A stretch of 64,000 nucleotides of DNA from Neoechinorhynchus agilis (lineage: Eukaryota; Animalia; Acanthocephala). How positions within the stretch are numbered: the first letter of the stretch is position 1; every line of letters starts with the position of its first letter. Both the position numbers and the translations under genes were made by a program. The stretch is taken from contig CM121341.1 in NCBI GenBank assembly GCA_051530055.1, positions 10,890,784-10,954,783 of the forward strand. The letters run 5' to 3'. The notes beneath the pieces were generated by a model. That model saw only the letters and a program-made list of their open reading frames with translations, ran no database searches and was not told the DNA's origin. Positions 32,364 through 44,480 of the stretch are shown here, in pieces.

Positions 32364-35130
32364 TTGAGGTCACCTTCAAGTTCTGTCCTTCATCCTCCGA
32401 CAAATCACTTAGACACAACGATCGGCCATAGTTCTCCAAACCTCGACCGGATTCTGAATGATTTCTCGGTGAATGTACTGAAGATGGTTGATCGGAGAAT
32501 CGCAACTCCCATCCGCAATTTGGAAACACGCATTGAGAAGCATTTGAGTCTCCTCAGCTCAACCATTAAACAGAGCTTTAATCGGATGAATCAAGTATCG
32601 ATCGAAGGTACACCTTCAGTTGCCAAAGACCTCTTGATCAATCGTCCGAATCTGTTGAATTAACCGAAGTAGTCGACATGAACGATGACGATATCTTCGT
32701 GCGACAAATAATCGATGAGCAGGGAAAAATTTGCGCCAAGGGTATCTCGGACTTAATCAAAAGGAGGAGAGCTGTCTAATGACATGACTAAGGTTGGTGC
32801 AGTGGAACGCAGGCGGTCGATCTTGTTTGCCCGATATAGCCCCCGTAGCCCATAATGCCGAGATAATCTTCATTCAATAAGCCAAATGCGTCTATCGCTC
32901 GTTCGATTTGCCCGAATCTATCGCTCAGCTCGGCTCGAATTTCTCCACATTCATTACTCCTCCATCTAAGCTGCTTTCCCAGGGCCTTTTGTCAATCTTC
33001 AGAACCAATCTTTTTCCGGTTTTTATCAGTAACTTCATTAGTTCGGATCTATCTTACGCCCTGTTCTCATTAGTACACGATGGTGTAAAAATATTAGTAG
33101 CAAATGTCTATGTTCGACCTAGGCTAATCCACATTAGAGATAACATAGAAGTACTGAAAGGGCTATTGCTCTCGGGGGCTGATCTTTTATTCCGGGATTT
33201 TAATGACCCCTCTGGGAAGTGGATTCGAGCGGTCTCGCGTGCCACAGATAACCACGAGCTTATTTGCCCTCTTTTTCCAACTTTCTCTCATGCCAGCGAT
33301 AGTTCATACTTAGATTTATGCATTCCAAAGAAAGGCTTGCATCTGAGGCCAGTAGTTTCCTCACAAACCTCTTTTTTCAAGATTTGTGGGCATGATGCGA
33401 TTCTATGGAACGTCTCTAAAAACACCCTACTGAGGAGGAAATTCAAATTAGATGCGCATAATATTCAATTCTTTAATTTGGCTACTATGATATTTCTAAA
33501 AGGCGGGCAATCATTATCTCATTACGAAATAAACGATCACCTAGCGGAAGCAAGTTACGCGTTCTCCCTGTATGGCGGGCAACTTTTTATGGCGTAGGTA
33601 ATCGATGATCGGGAGTCGATTAAGTTTTGGTTCTCTTTATACTGGCCCTGTAGAACTCGATTTCAAATAGCTTGCGACAGTAAGCGAATTAGCTATTTTA
33701 TGCCTTATTTCTCTCCTTGGTAGCATTTCGTTGCACCAAAAAGATTTTGTCCGTGGAAAAGGGCCGCAGCGAGTTGGATTAAAACCTCGGGGTGGGACAA
33801 TGTTATTAGCGCTCGTTGTATTGAACATTGCAATGGAGCAAGTATTGTCCCAGTCTTCAATAATTTTATTCAAATTAAGCCACGTCGTTTTGATTTACGC
33901 CGGAATGATTCTATCATTTGGTGGGGTTCAAGAAATCTTACATCGAGCAATGGTTCTTCCCCTGTTTCAAAGCCACCAACGTTCTCAATCAAGTAAATAT
34001 CACTTCCTTAGCTGAGCACATGTTGGCAGCATCCCCTGATGAATGGTCTCAGATAAACATAGCGAAGAGAATATTTCTCTGCAAGAAAAAAGGTAGGGCT
34101 GTTTCTTCACCTAGTGATGTGAGACCTATCTCCATTCAGAATTCGTTTGTTTCCATATACGAGCGAGTTTTGGCGAAAATTATAATGGATTTTTCTTTTA
34201 AACATCACCTTATTGATGAGCGCTGTCATGGTTTCCTCCCGGGGAAATCTGTTCATACTGCAATTGCTCAAATAATAGATAACCTTTTTAGTCACCCCAA
34301 GTCAACAAACATTCTTATCTCTTTCGATATTTCTAAAGCTTTGATAATATTGACATTGCTTTTATGGTGAATATTTTAAGATTTTTTTGTTTTCCTTTCA
34401 ATATAATTGCTAGGGTGAACAACATCCAGAAATGTAAACGATTTTTCTTTGCAGATGACCCATCAAGGTCTATATTCTATCAATCCAAGAGGTTCCTCAA
34501 GGCTCACCTTTATCACCCATACTTTTTTGCTTGGCAACTCAGTTTTTGATTAAAAATTGCACGATTTGTCGTAGCGTCACTATGTACGCCGATGACCTTA
34601 CCGTAGTTATCAAATAGTTAAATTATTTGAGAGCACGTGCGAAACTGGCTGCCGTGCTGAACTTTTTAAAATCCCACCTACCTCAAATGGGTCTCTCTTT
34701 GAATGAAAAGAAGACGAAATATTTAATCAAATCTAAATCTCGAGTGGGCAAGAAGCACATCCGTGATTATATCAAGGATTTTTTTGGGTTAGATTTCGAC
34801 CCTGCTTATAAGAAGCTTGATATTTTAGGTTATACTTTCACTGATAACCTTTCGCCCGCCTCCGATATACACAAGATGGAAAAACTTTTATAGACAGCCA
34901 GAGTTAAGGTGAGACGTGCGGCTCATATTGGGCTTAGCGCCAAGATATGCAAAGTAATGTGGTGCTCTTGGGCTATTTCAGGCCTAGTTTTTTATTCCAG
35001 AGGAAGGGCTCCAGAACAACGCCTAAAATTCCGCTGTGTATTCTTGAAAATCCTGTCGAGACTACCCTTTGAGTGGATTTCCTCAGCAGACTGGGCCAAC
35101 AAATCCATGCAGTGGATCGGATTATGACTT
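32364..35130 (+). mobile_element. Subtype-2 non-LTR copy E (gag tail, APE, RT), decayed
   Basis: VQWNAGG, ANVY, DFN, GHD; VRPISIQN, HGFLPGKS, FDISKA, YADD, RGRAPE. Confidence 0.8.
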
Positions 35131-35199
35131 CCAAAAACGGATAGTAACTAGTATAGAATGTTGCTTCAGTTATTCAGCGACAGCGTTCGATCCATGGTT

Positions 35200-37700
35200 T
35201 GCCTTTGCCGAATAAATTTTTTTTGTTGTTCGTTTTAAAATAAAGTGTGCGGAACGTGTCATTTGGCGACGAGGGTGGGACGCAAAAGATACTGAGCAAC
35301 ATCGAAGAGGTGCTTATCAATCAGCAGCAGTTAATGAAATTGCTGCTAGAAGATAGACGAGAACGAAATACAGGAAGTAGGATGAAGATTTCCGGTTTCC
35401 GCAGTTTCCTTCTCGCGAAGGAAGAGTGGACGGGATACGAAACTCAATTGGACAAACATTTTGAGTACTGCGGAGTGAGAGATGATGACGTCAAACAGTC
35501 CTGCCTGCTGGCGTGGATGGATCCGGAGGTATTCGTAGCCCTGAGGAAGAACCTGGGAGTTAAGAAACCCGCTGATTGCGAATTTACAGAGATAACGAAA
35601 GCTCTTCGCGACATCTACAAGTCGGAGATTGTCGAGATCGCAGCGCGTTACCGATTCTTCAACTGTCCAATGCAGAACCGGACGTACCGGGAGTGGGTTG
35701 CTGATTTATGGGGAGCTACGGAAGGTTGTATGCTTTTCAAGAAAGAAGTAACGGACGAGCAGTCGGCGACCGAAGTTTATATCCGCGACGCAATCATCAT
35801 TAACTCGCCACATGAAGAAGTGAGAAAAGCTGCGTTCAACAAGAAAGATCTCACTCTGAAAATTTGTTGGAGATCACCGACACTTTCGAGAGCACGAAGG
35901 AAGCGATGAAGATTATTACATTAGGGAACAGCGCGCCGTTTTCGGACTCAGAGGTCAAAGCAGTAAGTACCTGGCCAAGGAAGCAGATACAGTCTAAAGG
36001 TCGAAGAAGTACTGAGTCCCCGAAGCGTTGGAAGATGAAATGTTTCAGATGCAACAAAATGGTACATTTGGCACGATGCTGCAAAGAGTCGAAAGATGTG
36101 AATCAAATAGTACTAAATTCGGATGATGATAGTGTTACAATGCTTCCATGTATTCGGAGATCGAGAGGAAAGCAGACAGCAGAGATGTCAACTATTATCA
36201 ATGGGCTGGCGATCACGATGGAGTTCGACACCGGGCGGCGGGATCAATCATCACCAGAGCAATTTGGAGGAGGCTGGGTGAGCCCCCTCTGAAGGAAGCG
36301 CCAGTGATCAGAGCGTTTGGGGGAACGAGGATCGAGACGCTTGGCTTTTGCGTCGTGCAAGTGAGAGTGGGCCGTAAATTGGAGAATTTGGAAGTGATTG
36401 TGATAACCGGAATAGAACGTCCAATTTTCGGGCTACCATGGATGTTAGCATTAGGTTTGAAAATACCGGAAGCTCGAATCGTTCCAGTCAACCAGATTCA
36501 AGAAAACGAAGTCAAGGCACGTTCGATAGGTTCCAGAATCCAAGAGCCGTTCCCGACACCGTTCGATGGCCACACAGCAGCTGTGAAGGGGTTCGTGGCC
36601 AGTTTTGCTTCATTATCTAATATTCAGGACAGTATTCATAAGACAAGGAGGGTGCCGTTCGCATTACATCAAGCTCTAGAGGAAGAATTAGAGAGATTAT
36701 TTAAGGACGATATTTTGGTTCCGGTCGGTGCGGTTAAAGATGATCTGACATGGGCCACGCCAATTGTAATCGTGAGAAAAGGCAATGGGAGGATCAGAAT
36801 ATGTGGCGACTTCAGAATTACCTTAAACAAATATCTAAGACTGGACCCGCTGCAAATACCTACATTTGAGGCGGTGACTCAAAAGTTAGCTAGCTCCAGC
36901 TGGTATAGCTCAATTGATTTAAGGGATGCCTACCTTCACATTCCGGTAGATGAGCAAACCAGCAGGATGCTCACGATTTGTACTCCGTTCGGGTATTTTA
37001 GTTCCGCCGCACCGGGAATCTTTCAGAGATATATTAACAAGGTTCTCAAAGGAATCCCAATACAGCAGCATATCTAGATGATATTATCATTGCTACAAAA
37101 ACACTAGACGAACACGAGACATGTTTGAAGCAAGTGCTTGGATGTTTGGAAGATGAAGGTATTTGGGTTCAAGGAGGAAAGTGCGTTTTTGCGGTTAAGG
37201 AAATTCGTTATTTGGGCCATGTCATCTCCGAAAACAGGATAGCACACATTCACGATATGACGAAAGCGTTGACAGAAGCTTCGCCGCCTAAAAAACGCGA
37301 AGGAGCTGAGGAGGTTTCTTGGCATGGCTAACTTCCATGCTCGTTTTTACCTGAATTTCCAAGAGCTCTGCTCTCCATTATACGAACTCACAGGCGCGAA
37401 TTCTAAATGGGAATGGAGCGTGCGTCAGGAAAAGGCTTTCAGCGAGCTAAAACAGCGGTTACGAAATAACATAGGACTGATCCCATTCGATCCGAGGAAT
37501 TTGTGATGCCAGCGGAGTAGGACTTGGGGCGGTCTTGATGTACCGAACAGAATCCCAAGGCTTAGTGCCGATATCGTTCGCCTCTCGGGTTTTGTCCAAG
37601 GCAGAAAAGAACTATTCGCAAATTGAGAAAGAGGCGCTGGCGTTGATTTATGGCGTAAGGAAGTTTCATGATTATCTCTATGGAAGGCCGTTCACGGCCT
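35200..37700 (+). mobile_element. Ty3/Gypsy element: LTR end, PBS, gag, protease, RT, RNase H (decayed)
   Basis: TGTCA then TGGCGACGAG PBS at 35264-35273; CFRCNK..H, FDTG, WATPIV, ICGDFR, YLDD, EKEALA. Confidence 0.88.
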
Positions 37701-38151
37701 AAGAACGTACCTGCACCAATTTTGATGGTCATGTCACCACTCGGAAGCGTTAATAACATGCGAGGTGGATTTGCGGTGAAGGTGGAGCACAGGACGTGTC
37801 GTTATCCAATCTATAAATAGCAGTGCACCTTCAATCCACTCGGTTTTAGACATGTCGATGGAAGAGCAAAAACAGAATGCATGGACGAATTAATGGAAAG
37901 AATTCAGAGTTGGGGATTAATACCAAGAATCCTTCGATCGTATACAAGTAAATCCTAAGACGATGATCGCTCGCTATCGGTCGATGGCGACAGAGGCCAT
38001 AAAGTCAAAAAAGTCATCAGGCGCTGTATTTTGAAATTGACGAAAGTTGGTAAAATTGTAAGCCTAAAGTCTTGTAGCGACGTGAGCGTTAAGAAGGACG
38101 CCTATAACTCTAGATGCGGTTGTGCTTCCTGCCACCTCAACTAAATTTTTT

Positions 38152-38500
38152 AGAATGTGGCAATTGTACACCTGATGCATCAGCGTCTTGCCCTTTGCTC
38201 TGTTACGCGAACACTTTCTCGCTTGCTCCGCAGATGCATCTTCTGGGAAACGGGCTAATCCGCAGGAGTGACTTTGCGCCATCCACATGCTCGTTGCTGC
38301 CTTCTGGAGGAATGCAATCTTCTTGTTGTCATTGACGCACCTCAGGTTTACTAGCCTCGGCCACTCTGCAACCATGCAGTGGACCAGCACACTCAGTTCT
38401 ACCATCTTATGGTGCTGATTGTAGGAACTGAAGTCGTATGAAACTGCCCATCCATGGGACCCTTTCCAGTGTTTTCCCGTGCAAGCCAACACGTCTTCTA
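38152..38500 (-). pseudogene. Probable endogenous viral element: toti-like dsRNA virus RdRp fragment
   Basis: AVSYDFSSYNQHH (motif A-like), WMAQSH, degenerate S.NRA..TLMHQVY (motif B-like) at suitable spacing. Confidence 0.55.
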
Positions 38501-39080
38501 GCTGTGATTTTCACAACCAAATGTTAGTTAGAGAATTTTATATACTTCTTTAGCACTACGTCCGACCCTGTTAAAACAATCTGCGATTGCAATGATAGTT
38601 TTGGGCTTATTTGACCGGAAACACGTATGTGCCACATTTAGATTCATTAAAGGTTCAACCAATTGGCAAAGCTCTTTATTAGCTGCAAATACGTTTTATT
38701 GATTAAGAAGAACGATCCATACACTTGCCAGCATCCACCTTTGCTCAAGTTGTCTGGATGTCGGATGTTGAGGCAGGGAGGTGGGATTTGCCTTTGGAGT
38801 TTTACAGGAGAATGGCCGATTGGGAGTTTTTCCTTGTTCTCCGGTTGTTAAGGAAAGGTTGGGTTTGGGGGAGGAAGGATTTTTGGTGGAGAGTGGTAGG
38901 AGCGAGAGCACATCTTTCCAGGAGCACACTGGAGAAATCAATGTCCTTATTATTCATGAATTTTGTGCCCAGTTGCTTTGTCAAATAATGCCGATTATCT
39001 TGATTTGATGTTATCAATTGTAGGATATAAGGAGTGGCGACCTTAGCGGAACGAACGATTTCGTATGCAAGATTGAAAAA
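38500..39080 (-). repeat. Unidentified decayed ORF repeat (also ~12890-13030 and ~25490-25650)
   Basis: Shared RHYLTKQLGT.FMNNKDIDFSSVLLE peptide and nucleotide identity. Confidence 0.7.
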
Positions 39081-40711
39081 TACCTACCTATAGGGTAATC
39101 ATCGAATCTGAGAAAGTTAACGTCGTAACTAAGTTTACCTTTTGAGCCTATAAATTGTTCAGACAGTAAGACAAAGAAGTTTTATAATATGTCTTACTAT
39201 TTCGAAGTGCAGGTTGTGTCTAATCAGTGGAACTCTCTATAAAATATTTGAGGAATTTCGCGGTCTTAAAAATGAAAATAACAAACATTGCCAATGAGTA
39301 ATATGAGCGTTGTTATAAAATCAAAGCTTGCGATTGCAAGTTAAAATAGGCACCGGCTGTTTGCTGGACCAAAAATACACCGTATTCGCTAACACCCGTT
39401 AGGGAATTAACTCACATTTGTTAATATTTCAAGCTGTGGGTTTAGTATAGTTTCGGCAAACTACTTACGGCCTTCATATACAAAAACTACGAAATCGCGT
39501 TCTAATATCGAATTATTATTTATTATTCATATGGCGCTTTCAAACACACACAAATCAGTTCTCCAATTTTTAAGTTTATGAGATCCAGCATCTCCCGGGC
39601 CTAGGACAACTGTGAGTTGAAGGACGATCTCTTAAATCCCTCACAGTAGCCTCGAGTACCCTTTTTATTGTCTATTAATAAGTATCCTTTTCCTATCCTG
39701 AGCCTGTAAAAGAGGGATGAGCGTAAAGAAATCACTTACCTCTTTCCGGTTTAATAGATTAGTGGAATTAATGGGTTAAAAACTAGAAGAGTTATTGTAA
39801 AAGATTGTAAGAATTGAAGAGTTGTACTTAAAATATTTACAGATAGAATTAAGATTAGAGAAAACCAGATTTTAGACAAGAAAAGTCTTGTTAAAAAGGA
39901 AAAAAGGGTTCCGTATCTATATTATTTCTAAAAAGAATACTACTAAGCTTATTTAGCAAAATACGAAAAAAAGGAAAGCCTATTTTCAGGGGGCCGGCCT
40001 CATGCGAAAAAACAAATGGAACCCCCTAAAAAGATTTTTAAAACTTTGGAGATAAAAGGAGAAGTGGCGGAGAGCCTTTTTGCTCTTTTGATGAAGATAA
40101 CTGTTTTTAATCTGGAAAACAAAAATAGCTTCAACAAGCTTAGTTTGAAGTATTTTCTGCTTTCCGATCAATCGTACACATTCGAAATAAAAATTAAAAG
40201 AAGATTGATTTTTTCAATAATTCTATATTTTCAAAAAAAACATTGATGATACTCTGGCGAAAATAAAACGTAAAGTAAATAAATGAATATGTCGACGTTA
40301 TACGATTGACGCTAAAAAATGAAACCGTGTTTCTTCCGTGTTTACACGGTTTTCATTCTCAACGTCGAATTGAATGCGCGTTCCGTTTCACCATTTTTAC
40401 GCGGCGGCGTTGATGTGCTCTTCCAAGTGACTTAAAATGAGCTCGAGCATTTCGACTGCTTAAAGTGGGTAGTTATAAATGTTCAATTAAAAATGTAATC
40501 AATTCTACAATTTTTTTCATGGAACTACGGTAATTTTTCTAAATGAGGAAATCATCTAATCTCCTCGCTGTTTTTTCTGCCTTCTAAATTCGAAACATTT
40601 CAACCGTTCCGAGCCTTTTCGTGCGCTGCGATTTGTTGAGTTCGCTTTGGATTTAAACGCTTGGTTTCTCTTTTGGTTGTCTTCGGGTCAAGTATTCTGC
40701 TGTGTTCCATT

Positions 40712-41532
40712 GACGCTTGGCTTTTGCGTCGTGCAAGTGAGAGTGGGCCGTAAATTGGAGAATTTGGAAGTGATTGTGATAACCGGAATAGAACGTCCAA
40801 TTTTCGGGCTACCATGGATGTTAGCATTAGGTTTGAAAATACCGGAAGCTCGAATCGTTCCAGTCAACCAGATTCAAGAAAACGAAGTCAAGGCACGTTC
40901 GATAGGTTCCAGAATCCAAGAGCCGTTCCCGACACCGTTCGATGGCCACACAGCAGCTGTGAAGGGGTTCGTGGCCAGTTTTGCTTCATTATCTAATATT
41001 CAGGACAGTATTCATAAGACAAGGAGGGTGCCGTTCGCATTACATCAAGCTCTAGAGGAAGAATTAGAGAGATTATTTAAGGACGATATTTTGGTTCCGG
41101 TCGATGCGGTTAAAGATGATCTGACATGGGCCACGCCAATTGTAATCGTGAGAAAAGGCAATGGGAGGATCAGAATATGTGGCGACTTCAGAATTACCTT
41201 AAACAAATATCTAAGACTGGACCCGCTGCAAATACCTACATTTGAGGAGGTGACTCAAAAGTTAGCTAGCTCCAGCTGGTATAGCTCAATTGATTTAAGG
41301 GATGCCTACCTTCACATTCCGGTAGATGAGCAAACCAGCAGGATGCTCACGATTTGTACTCCGTTCGGGTATTTTAGTTCCGCCGCACCGGGAATCTTTC
41401 AGAGATATATTAACAAGGTTCTCAAAGGAATCCCAATACAGCAGCATATCTAGATGATATTATCATTGCTACAAAAACACTAGACGAACACGAGACATGT
41501 TTGAAGCAAGTGCTTGGATGTTTGGAAGATGA
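40712..41532 (+). repeat. Recent duplicate of Gypsy protease-RT segment 36336-37156
   Basis: Near-identical sequence and translation. Confidence 0.92.
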
Positions 41533-42815
41533 GTAGTGGCTGCATACGTCCCTGCAGCGAGGAGGAGAAAGATGAATTTTGGTTGGATCTATCTGAATTG
41601 ACAAGGACTATGGGGGAACGATATGTGATAATCGGCAATTTCAACGGACACGTTGGACCGAGATAGGGATACGAGCGAATCCATGGTGGACACAGTGTAG
41701 GATAAAGAAACGCCGAGGGTGTAAAACTGTTGGATTATACAAGAGCGTTGGATTTACGTATTTCGAGTACTTACTTTCAAAAGGATCTAAGACACGAACA
41801 CACATACTCGAGCGGTGGAAGGTCAAATCGATTTTATTTTGTATCTGATAGCTAAGTGGGGCGAAGTCTGGAATGTCAAGACCATATTAGGCGAAAAGTG
41901 TGTGATGCAACATAGAGTATTCGTGGCCGACCCCAGGATTGGGTTAAAGGGCAAGCGGCAGACACCGAGCATCTCACGAAAAATCAAGTGGTGGAAGCTA
42001 ATAGATCCTCTTTTCAAAGAAAAGATGAGGGCTGTGCTCACCCAGGAACTAAGCGAGAACGTGGTCGAAGTAGAAACCTGGTTGGATGAGACGGCAGAAG
42101 TTATCCTATGGGAAGCCAAAATCATCTTGGGAATGACGTCGGGGAAACTTCCACCTCCGAACAAAGGTGCATGGTGGTGGAATCGAACGGTCAAGGACGC
42201 CATCAGTCAAAAAAGAGCAGCGAGGAAAATTTTAGATTTCAATTCTTCAACCCATAATAAAGATGCGTACAAAAACGCACCAGCTGGAGAGAGATAATGG
42301 GAGGGATATTATCTTCAAGTTGGCCAAAATCTGGGACAAAAGGTCAAGGAACGTCGTACGGCACAAAATGATCGACGACAGTGAGGGTAGGATGCTTGAT
42401 CAAAACAACGATATTTATCAATATGGCTAGACCGTATTCATACGATGACGTCGCATCGCATGTCAGAAAGATGAAGATTTAAAGAGTACCGGTCAATATA
42501 ACATCCCCATTGAGTTATGGAAATGTTTGGACGCTTTCGGAGTCAAACTGCTTACTGGTCTCTTTCGAAAGATAGATGCAGAGTAAAGGATTCCATCGGC
42601 ATGGCAAAGAAGCATACTTGTGCCGATTTTTAAGGGTAAAGGAAATATCAGGCAGTGTAGCAATTACCGTGGCATCAAGCTGATGTCCCACACATTGAAA
42701 TTGTGGGAGCGAATGGTTCACAATAGGGTTAGGGAGTAGATACAAATCAGCGAAGACCAGCGAGGCTTTATGCCAGGTAGAAGCACAATTGACGCGATCT
42801 TCGTGCTAAGACAGA
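41533..42815 (+). mobile_element. RTE-like non-LTR fragment (APE end, linker, RT start)
   Basis: GNFNGHVG, QIDFIL, WWWNRTVKDAISQK, NYRGIKLMSHTLKLWER, GFMPGRSTIDAIF. Confidence 0.8.
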
Positions 42816-44480
42816 ATTTGACGGTGGTGCGCTCACGGATACGTTTTAAGGTGAAGTCAGGTCTACGTCCGCGCAAGCCCCATTCTTATATCTATTGCCA
42901 AAAATACACAAATCAACGCTACAATTCCGACCCATTATCGCGAGCTATTCAACCTTCGGTAACAAATTCGCAAGGGGAATAAACACAATACTTAGAAGTG
43001 TAATGTCTACAGCCAATTCACATGCCCAAGATGGCTCGGCCTTTGCGAAGGAAATTCTGCAACAAAATTTTTGCAATACAAGTCTATTAACTGCGGATGT
43101 GATGTTCTTGTTCACAAATATTCCCCTTGCTAAAGCGCGGGATATGACTGCAATGATCTTGGCCGAGCGTTGCACGGAAACAAAATTGGATATAAAGGCA
43201 TTGTCCGGCGTCCTGAATTGGTGCACCACGAAGACCTCTTTCCGGTTCAATGACCCCTTTTACGATCAGAAAGACGGCGTGGCAATGGGTTCTCCTTTAG
43301 CCCCAGTTATAGCCGATATATACATGCAAAACTGGTAACGCGAATTCCTCAGCAAACACCCGACGATCAAAAGATGGCGTCGTTATGTGGACGACGTATT
43401 CATCATTACTGAGCAAGGAGTCGACGCGGGTGTATTAGAAACTTTGATGAACGCAGAGGATGAGCGGATTCAATGGACTATCACTAAGGAACGTACTGAC
43501 GGTACGATATCCTTCCTCGATGCCCTTGTGAATCGACATCACGATAAAACGGTGACTTCGAGTCTTTATCGAAAACCCAAGGTACCATGGGGACGATCGG
43601 AATGGACAAGTCATCTACCTATTCAGGACCAGATAAAAGTGGCACGTTCATATTTCCGTAGAGCCCTGAACATTTGTTCGTCCAACTCCATGTGGTCCAA
43701 TGAAAGGAATAACATCATCAAGATCCTGCGGTTAAGGGGATATCCTAAGTGGGCTATTGATATGGCCAGAAAACGTATCAGGCGACGACCCGATCAACAC
43801 AATAACGATCAGCCAACGAATCTACCACCTACAAAATATATCGCACATTCTTTCATCAGTGAAGAGGCCACTAACAAACTACGGACCTTACAAAGAATAC
43901 AGAATGTGAGGACTATTGTCAAAAAAGGGACTACATTGGCTGGTTTTTGCAAAAATAAGACCGCGACAACACCTACATGCGGAGTCTACAAAATAGGCTG
44001 CTCGGAATGCGATAAAAAGTATGTTGGACAGACGAAGCAAGGTCTGTGCAAACGCATCCAACAGCTTAAATACGCGTGTATACGTTTCGATCAATCTTTG
44101 GCAATATTTAACCATGAGCAGACATCTCAACATCGAGTTGACTTTGACGGTGCTGCTATGATTATGGCCGAAGCGAACTGGAAGCGGAGACTCGTGTATG
44201 AGGCCATACACATTGCAGCGAACTGGACAATGGAGGGACACAAGGAGAACTTTAGTCTCGCACTCCCAATCAACGATTTAAAGCTCAAAGAAAGCCGAAC
44301 GTTGAGTAGGGGGTTCGAGCGGACATTAACTCCCCGAACCACGGCTAACCCGCACTCCTGAGCCTAAGGTAACCCGTATAAACCAATTTGTAGATGTCTG
44401 ACGAGGTGGATCTTGTCCACGAAATATTAAGCAATAAAAATGTCTCGGTGTTTGATCCGCACAACAAGAATATTCTTTTC
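42816..44480 (+). mobile_element. Penelope-like element (RT + GIY-YIG; one internal stop at 43336-43338)
   Basis: PKIHK..FRPII, DVMFLFTNIP, GVAMGSPLAP, RYVDD, SFLD, YRKP, GVYKIGCSEC.KKYVGQT. Confidence 0.9.
44390..44432 (+). ncRNA. Minimal type I hammerhead in PLE pLTR, degenerate stem I
   Basis: CTGACGA-G-GTGGA-TCTTG-TCCAC-GAAA-TATT. Confidence 0.65.

Noticed and set aside
39570-39660. TATGAGATCCAG resembling the ribozyme cleavage-site tail, plus a CTGTGAG/CTCACAG stem
   Set aside because: The match is too short, and no core or other family motif is nearby
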